Shown: positions 41,569-51,835 of the stretch, piece by piece
How the letters are laid out: each line of letters starts with the position of its first letter
Numbering within the stretch: the first letter of the stretch is position 1
DNA from: an uncultured Methanoregulaceae archaeon
GTDB taxonomy: Archaea > Halobacteriota > Methanomicrobia > Methanomicrobiales > Methanospirillaceae
Reading direction: 5' to 3'
DNA length: 64,000 nucleotides
Assembly (NCBI GenBank): GCA_963701095.1
Contig: OY969564.1
Span: forward strand, 1,312,001 to 1,376,000
Program-made: the position numbers and the translations under genes
Notes under the pieces: model-generated
The model's database searches: none
The model's input: the letters and a program-made list of their open reading frames with translations, nothing else
Told to the model about the DNA's origin: nothing

Positions 41569-42306
41569 ATGGCAGATAAGAAATCACCGGCAAGTGGATG
41601 GCCGCTCGTAAAAGGCGACTTCCACTCAGGAGATGCAAACAGCTGCGTCGCTGTTATCACCATGGGTTCCCACCTCGATGAGCAGGGTATCTGTGATGCA
41701 GGCGCAGCGATGTGCGGTTCCTGTAAGACCGAAAATCTCGGTCTTGAAAAGGTCATCGCCAACTACATCGCCAACCCCAACATCAGGTTCATGATCCTCT
41801 GTGGTACCGAAGTCAAGGGCCACCTCTCAGGCCAGTCCATGGTCGCGCTCCACAAGGGCGGCGTCAAGGACGGCAGGATCGTCGGTGCTGAAGGCGCTAT
41901 CCCCTTCATTGAAAACCTCAATGATGCGGCTATCAAGCGTTTCCAGGAACAGATCACCGTCGTCAATATTATGGAGACAGAGGACCTTGCCGCCATCAAG
42001 GCCAAGATTAACGAACTCAAGGCCAAAGACCCAGGCGCATTCGCAGCCGACCCCATAGTCGTCGAAGTCAAGGAAGCGGCTGGCAGCGCTGAAGTTGCAG
42101 CAGCAGGGGCAAACCCCCAATTCCTCGAAATCGAGAAAAGACTCGACAAGATCGAGAAGAAACTCGAGTTTGTGGATGCTGAAGTGGCACAGCGTGTTGG
42201 GAGGAAAATCGGACGCGATATCGGCATACTGTACGGCCTCGTCGCAGGCTTGATCGTATTTGTCATGCTGCTGTTTATGCTCCAGAAATTGATGGCATTG
42301 GTGTAA
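41569..42306 (+). CDS. mtrA/mtrG: MtrA-MtrG fusion protein
   Basis: MtrA domain followed by MtrG motif [11 protein letters not shown]...[16 protein letters not shown]. Confidence 0.93.
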   Translation: MADKKSPASGWPLVKGDFHSGDANSCVAVITMGSHLDEQGICDAGAAMCGSCKTENLGLEKVIANYIANPNIRFMILCGTEVKGHLSGQSMVALHKGGVKDGRIVGAEGAIPFIENLNDAAIKRFQEQITVVNIMETEDLAAIKAKINELKAKDPGAFAADPIVVEVKEAAGSAEVAAAGANPQFLEIEKRLDKIEKKLEFVDAEVAQRVGRKIGRDIGILYGLVAGLIVFVMLLFMLQKLMALV

Positions 42307-42321
42307 TGGAGGTGTAAAAAC

Positions 42322-43359
42322 ATGTTCAAGTTTGAGAAAGAACAGAGTGTCTGGGACTTCAACGGCACCAAGATTGGTGGACAACCCGGCGAATACCCGA
42401 CCGTATTAGGTGCTTCAATCTTTTACAACAAGCACGAGTGCGTGCTTGATGATAAGACAGGAAAGATCGACAAGGCAAAGGCAGAAGCACTCTGGAACCG
42501 CTGTCAGGTACTCTCTGATATGACCGGTATTCCGCATTTTATCCAAATCATTGCGGAATACGGGGAAGCGTTCGAGAGTGATTTCAGCTGGTTCGACAGT
42601 ATCGACAACAAGACTGCATTCTTAATGGACTCATCGGTCCCAAAGGCGCTAGCACATGCATGCAACTACGTGACCGAAGTCGGGCTTGCCCACCGTGCAA
42701 TCTACAACTCGATCAATGGTTCAATCCTGCCCGAAAGTATCGAGGCATTAAAGAACAGTGATGTAGACGCAGCGATCGTGCTCGCTTTCAACCCGGCAGA
42801 TCCGTCAGTTGCGGGCCGCGAGAAAGTACTCGTCGAAGGTGGCGTCGCAGGACAGACAAAAGGGATGCTGGAAATTGCAGAATACTGCGGTATCAAGCGC
42901 CCGATTCTGGACACTGCGGCAACCCCGCTCGGCCTTGGATCCGGTGGAGCTTACCGTGAGATTCTCGCTTGCAAAGCAATCCACGGGTATCCGACTGGTG
43001 GTGCATACCACAACATGACGGTTTCCTGGACCTGGCTCAAGCGCTGGAAAGGCACAAGCAAGACTCCCTCCGTCCTTGCAGAAGGCTACAAGGGCAAGGA
43101 TGTCCTGCTCGCACAAATGTCCCACCACTACCTTGGTGGTATTGAGGGCATTAAGCAGGCTGCATGGTCAGCACCTGATATCGGCTGCAACATGATTGCA
43201 AGCACCCTCGGTGCCGACCTGATTATGTACGGTCCAATTGAGAACGTCGAAGCAATGATCACAGCACAGGCCTACACGGACATTACCGTCCTCGAGGCAA
43301 CCCGCCAGCTCGGGATCGAGTGCAAATCAGAAAGCCACCCCATCTTTAAACTCATCTAA
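42322..43359 (+). CDS. mtrH: Mtr subunit H
   Basis: MFKFEKEQ, GGQPGEYPTVL..SIFY, IYNSIN, GADLIMYGPIEN. Confidence 0.97.
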   Translation: MFKFEKEQSVWDFNGTKIGGQPGEYPTVLGASIFYNKHECVLDDKTGKIDKAKAEALWNRCQVLSDMTGIPHFIQIIAEYGEAFESDFSWFDSIDNKTAFLMDSSVPKALAHACNYVTEVGLAHRAIYNSINGSILPESIEALKNSDVDAAIVLAFNPADPSVAGREKVLVEGGVAGQTKGMLEIAEYCGIKRPILDTAATPLGLGSGGAYREILACKAIHGYPTGGAYHNMTVSWTWLKRWKGTSKTPSVLAEGYKGKDVLLAQMSHHYLGGIEGIKQAAWSAPDIGCNMIASTLGADLIMYGPIENVEAMITAQAYTDITVLEATRQLGIECKSESHPIFKLI

Positions 43360-43369
43360 TTTTTTTTTA
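43360..43369 (+). terminator. Oligo-T terminator after mtrH
   Basis: T9 run immediately after TAA. Confidence 0.55.
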
Positions 43370-43443
43370 CGCCTCAAAAGCCAATGAAAAAAGTATCTTT
43401 TCTTGTTTTGTTGGTAGTATAGTTTCTTACATCATACGCTCCA

Positions 43444-44079
43444 TTACTTGCCAAATACATGTTTGAGGCTCTCCTCGGCATCTTTTTTGCGACCAAGACG
43501 ATGAAGGGCCTCGGCCCGGTGCTGCCAGACAAAGGAGTTGATTGGATTAAGACTGATCGCCAGATCGAATGTGGCAAGCGCTTCCTTGTTTCTCCCGAGT
43601 GCAATCAGTGCAATCCCTTTTGCAGCCATCGCCCGGATATTATTGGGGCCTTTTTCGAGGACACGTTCAAAGCATGCAAGAGCATCTTCGTACTTCCCTA
43701 ACTCATTTAAAGAGTAGCCTTTGTTTGCAAGAGCTATTGTGAACTCCGGATCTAGAGAGAGAGCTCTCTCAAAACAGGCAATAGATTCTGCATACCTGCC
43801 GATTTTGCGCAGGGTATACCCTTTCTCATACCAAGTCGTCAGAAGATGAGGATTTATGCTAAGCGCACGGTCGTAGCAAGCAAGAGCATCTTCATGCCTA
43901 CCAAGGGCATAGAAAACCTCGCCTTTCTGTTCAAGCGCAGTGGTATTCTTTGATTCAGACTCGAGGATCGTATCGTATTCAGCGAGAGCGTCGTCATACC
44001 GCCCAACTCGGGCAAGATGATGCGCAACTTCAAGCATTGCAGCAATGTCCATAGCGATCATACACAAAATTCGCCGCAT
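43444..44079 (-). CDS. Tetratricopeptide repeat protein
   Basis: About five 34-aa repeats (KG..L..LGRYEEAL..FD.AL.INP pattern). Confidence 0.9.
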   Translation of the reverse strand: MRRILCMIAMDIAAMLEVAHHLARVGRYDDALAEYDTILESESKNTTALEQKGEVFYALGRHEDALACYDRALSINPHLLTTWYEKGYTLRKIGRYAESIACFERALSLDPEFTIALANKGYSLNELGKYEDALACFERVLEKGPNNIRAMAAKGIALIALGRNKEALATFDLAISLNPINSFVWQHRAEALHRLGRKKDAEESLKHVFGK

Positions 44080-44128
44080 GCATGATAAAATGGCCTACCG
44101 GAAAAAACGAAGATATAGGGCAAAATCA

Positions 44129-44476
44129 TTAACGGCGGGCTAACCGATACAGGATCATACCGGTGCAACCCAGCACTGCAATAACTGTCGACAGGGGCTG
44201 CATCGCAGTATCCGGAGTCACTTTTACAGAGGCAGGGACTGATGAAGTGGGAATTACCGGAAGCGTCGGTTGCTCCGGGGGAGTGGAAGGTAAGTCCAGC
44301 TGCCCAATCTCTACCGAACGCACCGAATGATTGGATAGAGTTGTAATATTTTGTAACGCGTGATTCCCTACAGTGTAGGTGTTGACAGCAGACACCCCAG
44401 CAACAAGAAGACAAAATAACAAACAGATCTCAATAACGATGATTCCAGAAGAGCGGGGAAAAATCAATTGCATCAT
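44129..44476 (-). CDS. Small secreted protein with C-terminal TM anchor
   Basis: Signal peptide ending VSA, P/T/S linker, C-terminal hydrophobic segment and RR. Confidence 0.6.
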   Translation of the reverse strand: MMQLIFPRSSGIIVIEICLLFCLLVAGVSAVNTYTVGNHALQNITTLSNHSVRSVEIGQLDLPSTPPEQPTLPVIPTSSVPASVKVTPDTAMQPLSTVIAVLGCTGMILYRLARR

Positions 44477-44631
44477 GGGTATTAACAGAGTATAAACTAC
44501 CGGTAGGTATATTTATTGCTAATCGATAGAAACCGCAAATATCGTAAACACGATCCATATAGAATAAAAAATATGTCAAGGATCTAGAATCTGACCCCGG
44601 CAATTGAATTTGTCAAAAAAGAAGATTACTA

Positions 44632-45087
44632 TCAATACAGGCGGTAGATGAAAAATCCATCCTGATAGTGCTCGGTTTGGTCGTAATCTGCGAGCAGGTT
44701 CTTGCGGTTTCCAAAAGAAATCATCCGTTTCCTCAGGGGCTCCATACCGCTTGTGTGGTGGATGAGTTTTTTGATCTCTTCGTTTGCCTGGCGAATCTCC
44801 TTAATCCTTATTTTTCCCAGAAGATCGGCAGGTGAAGCGTTGATATCAAAATAGGCAAAAAGGGATTCAAGAGAGATCAACCAGAGTTTTTCCTGCACAG
44901 CATTCTCTGCAGCCTGTGTTGCTTCAGCATCGGAAAGGACAAGATATGCTTCATCATTACCATGGAAAAAAGCCTTAAATCCATATAAATGGCCGTTTGA
45001 GATACGGAGTGCGACTTTCTCAACGCCAAGAAACCGGGCAAGGACTTCACGTTTCTGCTGCATCACCGGATCCTGATCTTTATGCAT
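44632..45087 (-). CDS. Hypothetical protein
   Basis: 151-aa ORF with a strong GGAGGAG RBS; no family recognised. Confidence 0.6.
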   Translation of the reverse strand: MHKDQDPVMQQKREVLARFLGVEKVALRISNGHLYGFKAFFHGNDEAYLVLSDAEATQAAENAVQEKLWLISLESLFAYFDINASPADLLGKIRIKEIRQANEEIKKLIHHTSGMEPLRKRMISFGNRKNLLADYDQTEHYQDGFFIYRLY

Positions 45088-45229
45088 TCACTCCTCCGTA
45101 CCCTCAGCAGATGAGATCATATGCGTTGTGTGTGCACATTCAGGATGGATGTATAAGATATTAAGTTACGCCGTTTAAACCCGCATCCCGCGGGTCACGG
45201 AATATTTGAAAATAAGGTTGTTTTTCTTA

Positions 45230-45841
45230 TCAATCCATATTCAGCGGCTCGAATCCCTGTTTGAACACCTTCCCAAACTGGACACTTATCTTTGGATCCT
45301 GGGCACAGACTGGACATTTATAATCATCTGGAAGATCATCGAATTTTGTCCCGGGTTTTATACCCCGGTGAGGTTCTCCGCGTTTCTCGTCATATACATA
45401 CCCACAGATAGAACAAATATACCGGGTAGGTGCCCACTCATCGAAACCCCATTTGCCGATCTTGCCGCGTCCCTGGTACCCGCAGACCGGGCAGACATAG
45501 TCCTCAGGAAGATCCTCAAAAGGAGTCCCCGCCGGAATACCATTGTGCGGTTCGCCACGGAGCGGCGAGTAGACATAGCCGCAAAGACGGCAACGGTACC
45601 GTTTCAGTTTCCAGGTGGGTACTTTCTTTGCCGGAGATTTTTTTCCAGCTTTTGTCCCGGCTACTTTGGCTTTCGTGGCCGGAATGCTTTTTCCTTTTTT
45701 CGATACCGGCATAGACTTTGCTGGTGCTGCCTTTTTTACAGGCACCGCTTTTTTCGATCGTGCCGAGGACGTGGCTGTGCTCCGTACGTTCGGTGCTGAT
45801 CTGGTTCCGGAAGATCCGGAAACTTTTTTGGTTCCTGGCAT
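45230..45841 (-). CDS. Tandem two-domain rubredoxin with Lys/Ala-rich N-terminal tail
   Basis: Two copies of Y.CxxCGYVY...GEP..GI..GT.F.DLP.DY.CPVC. Confidence 0.9.
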   Translation of the reverse strand: MPGTKKVSGSSGTRSAPNVRSTATSSARSKKAVPVKKAAPAKSMPVSKKGKSIPATKAKVAGTKAGKKSPAKKVPTWKLKRYRCRLCGYVYSPLRGEPHNGIPAGTPFEDLPEDYVCPVCGYQGRGKIGKWGFDEWAPTRYICSICGYVYDEKRGEPHRGIKPGTKFDDLPDDYKCPVCAQDPKISVQFGKVFKQGFEPLNMD

Positions 45842-46076
45842 TCGTGTTCTCCGGACCGGGTGATCCGGGCTATTTCAGTCCGACCCGGCAATCACCCGCT
45901 CTAACGGATGATGGAAACTACTGGCTCTTATATATTATGAATTGTGCAAATCACCGGGTTTATGTCCCGGGTTTACGTGTAAAACATGCGGATTTGCCTC
46001 TAGATTACCATACCATTAACGATACTAAAAACCGCGAATTTATCCATTTTAAATGCACATGATCAGAAGTATTGAA

Positions 46077-46682
46077 ATGACCGACTTAATTTCAGGAATT
46101 ATCTATGCATTCGCGGCACTTTTTGTAATCCTCGATCCACTACTGTCGGTCCCGATCTTTGCGGGCATGACAAAGGGACAATCATCACGGGAAATACATA
46201 AGCAGGCATTCATAGCAATCGCAGTTGCCGGGGCACTGATGTATATCTTTCTTATTTTTAATACTGCTATTTTCAGTGTTCTAGGCCTGACCCTTTCAAC
46301 ATTCCAGATCGCCGGCGGTGTCATCTTGTTCCTTCTTGGTATGCAAATGGCACTTGGTTTAGACATCTGCAAGTCTAAAAACGAGACCCCGACAGCAGCC
46401 GGCGTGGTGATTGGCACGCCAATTCTCTGTGGACCCGGCGCAATAACGACCGTTATGCTCCTCTCAAATGACTATGGGTACCTCATTCCGTTTATTGCAA
46501 TTACGCTCTCGCTTGGAGCTTCCTGGATAATCTTGTATTTCTCTGCCGGCATCCAGAACATTCTCGGTCCTGTTGTAACCGACGTCATGGGAAGAGTTCT
46601 TGGTATGTTTGTTGCAGCAATTGCAGTTAAATTCATCTTCTCAGGGATAATGGGAACATTGGGACTTCATCTACCATTATAA
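46077..46682 (+). CDS. MarC family membrane protein
   Basis: LFVILDPL..VPIF, FQIAGGVILF, P...GPGAIT, R..GM...AIAV. Confidence 0.9.
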   Translation: MTDLISGIIYAFAALFVILDPLLSVPIFAGMTKGQSSREIHKQAFIAIAVAGALMYIFLIFNTAIFSVLGLTLSTFQIAGGVILFLLGMQMALGLDICKSKNETPTAAGVVIGTPILCGPGAITTVMLLSNDYGYLIPFIAITLSLGASWIILYFSAGIQNILGPVVTDVMGRVLGMFVAAIAVKFIFSGIMGTLGLHLPL

Positions 46683-46738
46683 CCCGGCATTTTCCCCCGG
46701 GGCCAAAATTTCCGATAAAAATAAAAACGTAGGATCCT

Positions 46739-47671
46739 CTAGAAAACATTTTCTGATAAAGCCAGGGTTTCATTTATTTCAGGATATCTCTTCAATGAGC
46801 AGACCTCTACCATGTGGTGTGGATGGTACCGGATTTTTGCGTCCCGAAGGCCGTGTACCCCAAGATCACTTTCCCTGTTAATATACGTCACTTCTCCGGC
46901 TAAAAGGGCTGCTGTTTCCCTGTTAATAGCTTTGTAAATTCCTTCGCAATTCGGGAGCCCTTTTTCGAAATGGACAAGTGCGGTGTCTGTATTGAGGCGC
47001 TCGAAAAGGGATATTGCAGCCACTTGGGAATTGACCCGGATCATCAGGCCCCGTAGGGGAAGTTCGGTGAAATGCTCAATCGCAAAAAAGACTGCATCTT
47101 TCTCATGAGCAAGCACCAGATCGTTCTCGCATCCCTTCCATTCGCACCACTTCACCAGAAACTCCATTACATCTTCCCGGTTTTCTGCCGTGATGGGTTC
47201 GACCGTATGAGAGCAGTTTTTTCGGAATTTATTGAGCTGGCTCCGGATTTTAAGGTAATTTTTTCCCGGTAGCTCTGCAAGGTCGGAAGCGAGATACACA
47301 TATTCGAAGTGATTTCGATCCGGGATGAGAGTAATAGAGGGATCGATCTCTTTTATCCATCGGGAAGTTTCAGGATCAATTAGAACAATCGGTGTATTGT
47401 CACCTATCTCCATGGCGAATCGGATGAGATCCTTCATGAGCTCAGGATCCCGGGGGCCGATAGGGGGGCGGAATCGTGTTATACCTGCAATTGTACTGGC
47501 GAGAATAATGTTGCCATTTATGTATGCGTACCGGTACTGGGCGATCTGGTTCCAGCAGACCATATTTGTAAATGTATTGTCGCTATGGGTCTGCGGGTAC
47601 CGTGTGTAATGCTGCTCGAAAAAACCCCGGTCAGCAAGCGTGACCGGCCGGAAATCTTCCTGCTTCAACAT
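46739..47671 (-). CDS. DUF2156-domain protein (related to the aa-tRNA-dependent transferase domain of MprF)
   Basis: F.N...W, EYVY.ASDL..L.GK.Y, VHFEKG, GIY..IN, YINRE.DLG..GLR.AK..Y.P. Confidence 0.8.
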   Translation of the reverse strand: MLKQEDFRPVTLADRGFFEQHYTRYPQTHSDNTFTNMVCWNQIAQYRYAYINGNIILASTIAGITRFRPPIGPRDPELMKDLIRFAMEIGDNTPIVLIDPETSRWIKEIDPSITLIPDRNHFEYVYLASDLAELPGKNYLKIRSQLNKFRKNCSHTVEPITAENREDVMEFLVKWCEWKGCENDLVLAHEKDAVFFAIEHFTELPLRGLMIRVNSQVAAISLFERLNTDTALVHFEKGLPNCEGIYKAINRETAALLAGEVTYINRESDLGVHGLRDAKIRYHPHHMVEVCSLKRYPEINETLALSENVF

Positions 47672-48096
47672 CAGGATTCACCACGGTAAATAAGGGGGAC
47701 ATATCCTTCCATAGGGGTAAAGCCCAAGGGCATATAGACTTTTTCTGTGCCTGGTTCAGCAATAAGTGCGATCCAGGTGATACCGGCATCCCGGCACCGG
47801 GCTATAAGTTTGGAAGCGATCGCAGTTCCAAGACGCTTTCCACGGTATTTGGGAATTACTACGATGTCCTGGATATATGCGTCCGAAATACCGTCAGAAA
47901 GAGCACGCCCCATACCCACAGCCTGGCCACTTTTTGAATCTGCTGCCACAGCAAAAGCAAAGCTTCCCTTGATAAGCGCGGGGATTTCCATAGGATCGAA
48001 TGAGTCCTGCCACCAGCCTCCTGCCCGGTAGAGTGCAACTATTTCTTCTGTATTCCAGGAACGGACTATCTCGATGCGGATATCATCCAGATTCAT
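47671..48096 (-). CDS. GNAT family N-acetyltransferase
   Basis: VGMGRALSDG...AYIQDIVV.PKYRGKRLG; own RBS GGAGGT before ATG 48096, although in frame with cmk upstream. Confidence 0.85.
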   Translation of the reverse strand: MNLDDIRIEIVRSWNTEEIVALYRAGGWWQDSFDPMEIPALIKGSFAFAVAADSKSGQAVGMGRALSDGISDAYIQDIVVIPKYRGKRLGTAIASKLIARCRDAGITWIALIAEPGTEKVYMPLGFTPMEGYVPLIYRGES

Positions 48097-48199
48097 CGCA
48101 CAGAGACCTCCCGGATAAAAAGCTGTCAAAAGAGAAAAGAACACCGATACAGTTGGGTTAGGTTCCATTAAACAACCAGCTGACAAAACATTCCCGTGA

Positions 48200-48729
48200 G
48201 CAACCTGAACCTGACCGATGGCGGTGTCGACAATGGATCCAAGTTCGGAAATTCCCCAATGTTCCGAGTTCAGGATTAAATGATAGATGGAGAGATCGTT
48301 GATATCAATATCATAATACTGCCGGTACCTCGCAGCTTCGCAATGCTCGCGTTCAAGGGTGATCGCCTTTGCCGTCTCTATATCAGCTATCTGGTCACGG
48401 AGCAGAATTCGTTCAAGCCGGCAATCAATGGGGGCAAAGAGCCAGATCTTGAGATCTGCTTTGTCCACCATCCATCCCGATAACCTTCCCTCGACAATGA
48501 TATTGTCTTTTTTCCCGGCGATCTCTTTTTGCCGGGCATCAATCATCTTGTCGTACGCCGGGTCTTTCTCGGCAAGCCGACCGAATGCAGCAAGTTCCAT
48601 GTTGTGTTCTTTTGCACACTGACGGAAAACTTCTCCCGCCGATATCATGGTAAACCCGTGACATTCTGAAAGATAACGTGAGAGTGAGGTGGTCCCGCTG
48701 CCGGGAAGCCCGCTCACAGTAATTCTCAT
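48200..48729 (-). CDS. cmk: Cytidylate kinase (3' end uncertain; reads through into the GNAT gene)
   Basis: MRITVSGLPGSGTTS, SAGEVFR, EGRLSGW, RY..YYDIDI.DLSIYHL. Confidence 0.9.
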
Positions 48730-49340
48730 TAAATTCCCCCGATATTGAGGGCTTTTCTGATGACCTGGCTGATGGTGATCGAACAGATCATATACCAGAT
48801 CATCCATGCTGGAATGACCCAGATGATAGGTGTCGTCAGGTTCAGGGTCCCAAAATAGGGGAAGGTTATTGTGTTGTTAATTTCGTTTAACCGGTAGAGA
48901 AGCCAGAAGAAGATCGGAACCGTAAGGATGAGGATATACCCCATAGGCTTGAACTGTTGCTGGGAGAGTTCCAGCTGTTCGCGCATCATCCGGTCTTTTT
49001 TGACATCCAGTTTCTTGATTCGCTTTTCATCTTGGGATAACATGGCTTCCCGATATTCTTTCTGGAAATCCTTCATCCTGTCCTGGACATCCATCATTCG
49101 CTCATAATCGATCGTGTACTTCTGTATGATGGAAGAGTACAACCCAGTCAGTCCTGATAAGATAACGATTAAAATAAAGAACGGGATACCAAACTGGTTG
49201 ACAAGAGGGGAAAACACGCCATCTATTCCTTTTCCGACATCGGTGCGAAGCCAGGGAACGGTGTAAGTCCACATCATTACGAACATGAAAAGCAGCGCGA
49301 CGTATAATCCGTATTTTTCCCAGAATTTCCCAAAGTCCAT
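48729..49340 (-). CDS. DUF106 / EMC3-TMCO1 family membrane insertase
   Basis: TM, coiled coil, QQQFKPM, WYMICS...SQ..RK.L; conserved position after adk. Confidence 0.9.
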   Translation of the reverse strand: MDFGKFWEKYGLYVALLFMFVMMWTYTVPWLRTDVGKGIDGVFSPLVNQFGIPFFILIVILSGLTGLYSSIIQKYTIDYERMMDVQDRMKDFQKEYREAMLSQDEKRIKKLDVKKDRMMREQLELSQQQFKPMGYILILTVPIFFWLLYRLNEINNTITFPYFGTLNLTTPIIWVIPAWMIWYMICSITISQVIRKALNIGGI

Positions 49341-49360
49341 GGAAGCCACCTTGTGCGAGA

Positions 49361-49933
49361 TTACCTGAGGGCATCTGCCATTTCTGTGGCAGCAAGATCA
49401 AGCAGATGATCTGCATTCGTGATGAGTTTGATAGTACAACCGGTCGCCATGGCATATGCTGCGGCGATAGACCTGTTGAATTCCTGGTGTTCGGCAATCG
49501 CCCGGGCTCCTTCCTTGTCCCGGCTTCTGGTCTCATCGGTTATTCGCCGCATAAGGATCTGGTCATTATCCGTTTCAACAAGGATGATCATGTCGGGCAT
49601 GATCTCACGGAGCACCCATTCCGGGAGACCTGCAAGATACCCCTTGGGCGTTTTCACCGATGCATGCGTATCGATCATAACATTACCTGGGATTTGGGCG
49701 ATCGCTTGTGCTGCACGCTGCTGAAGCCGTTTCTGATCAGTACGGTCAAGTGACCGCATCTGGTCGCGATTTTCTACAAGCCCCTCATTTTTGGCCACTT
49801 CAAACATAAAAGAGCCAAAATTGATGGTTTTGTATTCCACACCTTCACTTTTAAGTTTGCTCAATGCCTCGTTGATTACCGTGGTCTTACCGACACCCGG
49901 CACACCCGTGATAATGACCTTTTTTCCTGCCAT
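49361..49933 (-). CDS. adkA: Archaeal adenylate kinase
   Basis: ITGVPGVGKTT, NFG, RDQMR, DTHA...TP.GYL.GLP. Confidence 0.95.
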   Translation of the reverse strand: MAGKKVIITGVPGVGKTTVINEALSKLKSEGVEYKTINFGSFMFEVAKNEGLVENRDQMRSLDRTDQKRLQQRAAQAIAQIPGNVMIDTHASVKTPKGYLAGLPEWVLREIMPDMIILVETDNDQILMRRITDETRSRDKEGARAIAEHQEFNRSIAAAYAMATGCTIKLITNADHLLDLAATEMADALR

Positions 49934-49944
49934 TCCAGTTCCCT

Positions 49945-51378
49945 TCATTCTTTGCCAAAGAATGTCCGCATGAACGGATACATTTCCATAATCTGCTGGC
50001 TTGCAATCTCTTCGTACAGCCTGTATGTGATACTGACTGTCAGTAACAATCCCGTGCCACTAACAGCTCCAATGACACCAAAGAGGTTTGCAACAATGCT
50101 TAGTATCCCTATGAACACCCCGCCGATTACCGTAACACGAGGGATATACCGGTCCAGGTATTTCTCCAGGACCTGAGGATTCCTCCGATACCCCGGGATC
50201 GACATACCGGACATCTGAATCTGGCGTGCCACATCTTTTGAATCGAGACCGGCAGTTTTGATCCAGAAGAGTGCAAAGATTGCACCACCAACTACCATGA
50301 ACGTGGTATCAATGCCCATCCGGAGGATAACCTGCCAGGTTGGATGGCCGAGATCGGTTACCCACCACATCCAGTCGGTTGGGCCGTTTATAGGCGCAAG
50401 GAAATACATCAGGCCGCCTTGCGGAGTCTGTCCATTGAACTTACCGAGAATGGTAATACCAATATTGGACAGGAACATCCCGACCATCTGGATATTGGCT
50501 TGAAGAACCCGTACCAGGATCATCGGAAGAACGCTTGCGTAAATCAGCTTGACCGGAAAACGTGCCCGCGCACCCCTTACCTGTGCATGGGCAAGGGGGA
50601 TTTCAATGCGGGTAGATTCCACATAAACGATTATCAGGAAGATGAGAATGGTAGTTGCAAAGGCGAGGAGATTTGTGCCAAAATACTGGATAAAATTCGC
50701 ACCATCAAGCACGACCGCGAATAGCCGCGGGAAAAATCCTACCGGATAGGGATCGCTGACTGCGGTCCAGTTGATAAACCCGTTTACAAGTGCCTGAGAA
50801 ATACCGGCAATAATAAAGAGCCCTACACCGGAACCTATACCCCACTTGGTGACCACTTCATCCATCAAAAAGATCAGGACACCTCCAATACAAATCTGGA
50901 GGAAAATCAACAACGAAACTGCAAAGAGGTTCCCACCGAAGAAATGTGCCGCAATGGCGGGATCAGGCACCATGAATCCACCGATGAGGTTAGGGGCAGC
51001 CTCGACAACGATCATTACGAGAATAAGGATCTTCTGGAGACCCATGTACATGACCTGACCACGGGCTTCGCTTGTATCAATTTGCAGGATATCGGCACCT
51101 TTTAAGAGCTGGAGGACTATGGACGCGGTGACGATCGGCCCGATACCGAGATCCACAATCGAACCGGTGGCACCGGCAAGCAGGGCCCGCCAGTATAAGA
51201 ACACATCCTGAGAACTGGCTGCAAGCCCGAATATCGGGATATTTGTAAGCGCAAAATACAGAATCAAAATTCCCAGTGTCCACATCAATTTATTCTTAAA
51301 GTGGACATGCCCCTCCGGGCTCTTAACTGCGGGCATCGCAGCAAGCAGGGGTTCCATTCTATCCAGCAGGTCACCCAT
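49945..51378 (-). CDS. secY: Preprotein translocase subunit SecY
   Basis: LGIGPIVTASI.LQLL, KWGIGSGVGLFI, FPVKLIYASVLPMIL, IPGYRR, GTGLLLTV. Confidence 0.98.
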   Translation of the reverse strand: MGDLLDRMEPLLAAMPAVKSPEGHVHFKNKLMWTLGILILYFALTNIPIFGLAASSQDVFLYWRALLAGATGSIVDLGIGPIVTASIVLQLLKGADILQIDTSEARGQVMYMGLQKILILVMIVVEAAPNLIGGFMVPDPAIAAHFFGGNLFAVSLLIFLQICIGGVLIFLMDEVVTKWGIGSGVGLFIIAGISQALVNGFINWTAVSDPYPVGFFPRLFAVVLDGANFIQYFGTNLLAFATTILIFLIIVYVESTRIEIPLAHAQVRGARARFPVKLIYASVLPMILVRVLQANIQMVGMFLSNIGITILGKFNGQTPQGGLMYFLAPINGPTDWMWWVTDLGHPTWQVILRMGIDTTFMVVGGAIFALFWIKTAGLDSKDVARQIQMSGMSIPGYRRNPQVLEKYLDRYIPRVTVIGGVFIGILSIVANLFGVIGAVSGTGLLLTVSITYRLYEEIASQQIMEMYPFMRTFFGKE

Positions 51379-51402
51379 TATTTCACCAAAAAATTTGACG
51401 GA

Positions 51403-51831
51403 TCAGACGATTTGCGCCTTTCCACCGGTCTTTTCGATCTTTACCTTTGCTTGTTCGGAGAAAGCCGCTGCGGAAATGTGGAGTTTCCGGTTGACTCTGC
51501 CGCTGCCTAGTATCTTCTCTATTCCGAGATCGGCAGCGTTTACAACAATTGCGTCCCCTTCCTGTCTTGCAATTCCCTGAGCAAGAAGCGACGGTACAAT
51601 CTGATCGATAATCCCTATATCCATGGCAGGAACGAAAACTGCCGGGTTGTGGAAGAAACCGTTCTTGCCAAAGACTGGTCCTCCCATTTCCATATACCAC
51701 TTGACAAAGTGATGGGCGTTGATACCCGCGCGACCTCTGCCGCCACGGTTACCTGCACCCCGGCGGTTCTTATGGGTACCTCCACCGCATGTCCGCGATC
51801 CCCGGTATTTTGAACGTTTGTTTGTTGGCAT
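51403..51831 (-). CDS. rpl15: 50S ribosomal protein uL15
   Basis: RGSRTCGGG.HKNRRGAGNRGGRG, KILGSG. Confidence 0.95.
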   Translation of the reverse strand: MPTNKRSKYRGSRTCGGGTHKNRRGAGNRGGRGRAGINAHHFVKWYMEMGGPVFGKNGFFHNPAVFVPAMDIGIIDQIVPSLLAQGIARQEGDAIVVNAADLGIEKILGSGRVNRKLHISAAAFSEQAKVKIEKTGGKAQIV

Positions 51832-51835
51832 CTCT

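Larger units (their letters stand above)
40629..42080 (+). repeat. 512-bp near-identical direct repeat of the mtrA catalytic domain (40629-41140 and 41569-42080)
   Basis: Offset 940 bp; I see only two differences, both synonymous (40796 C / 41736 T and 41000 C / 41940 T). Confidence 0.95.
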
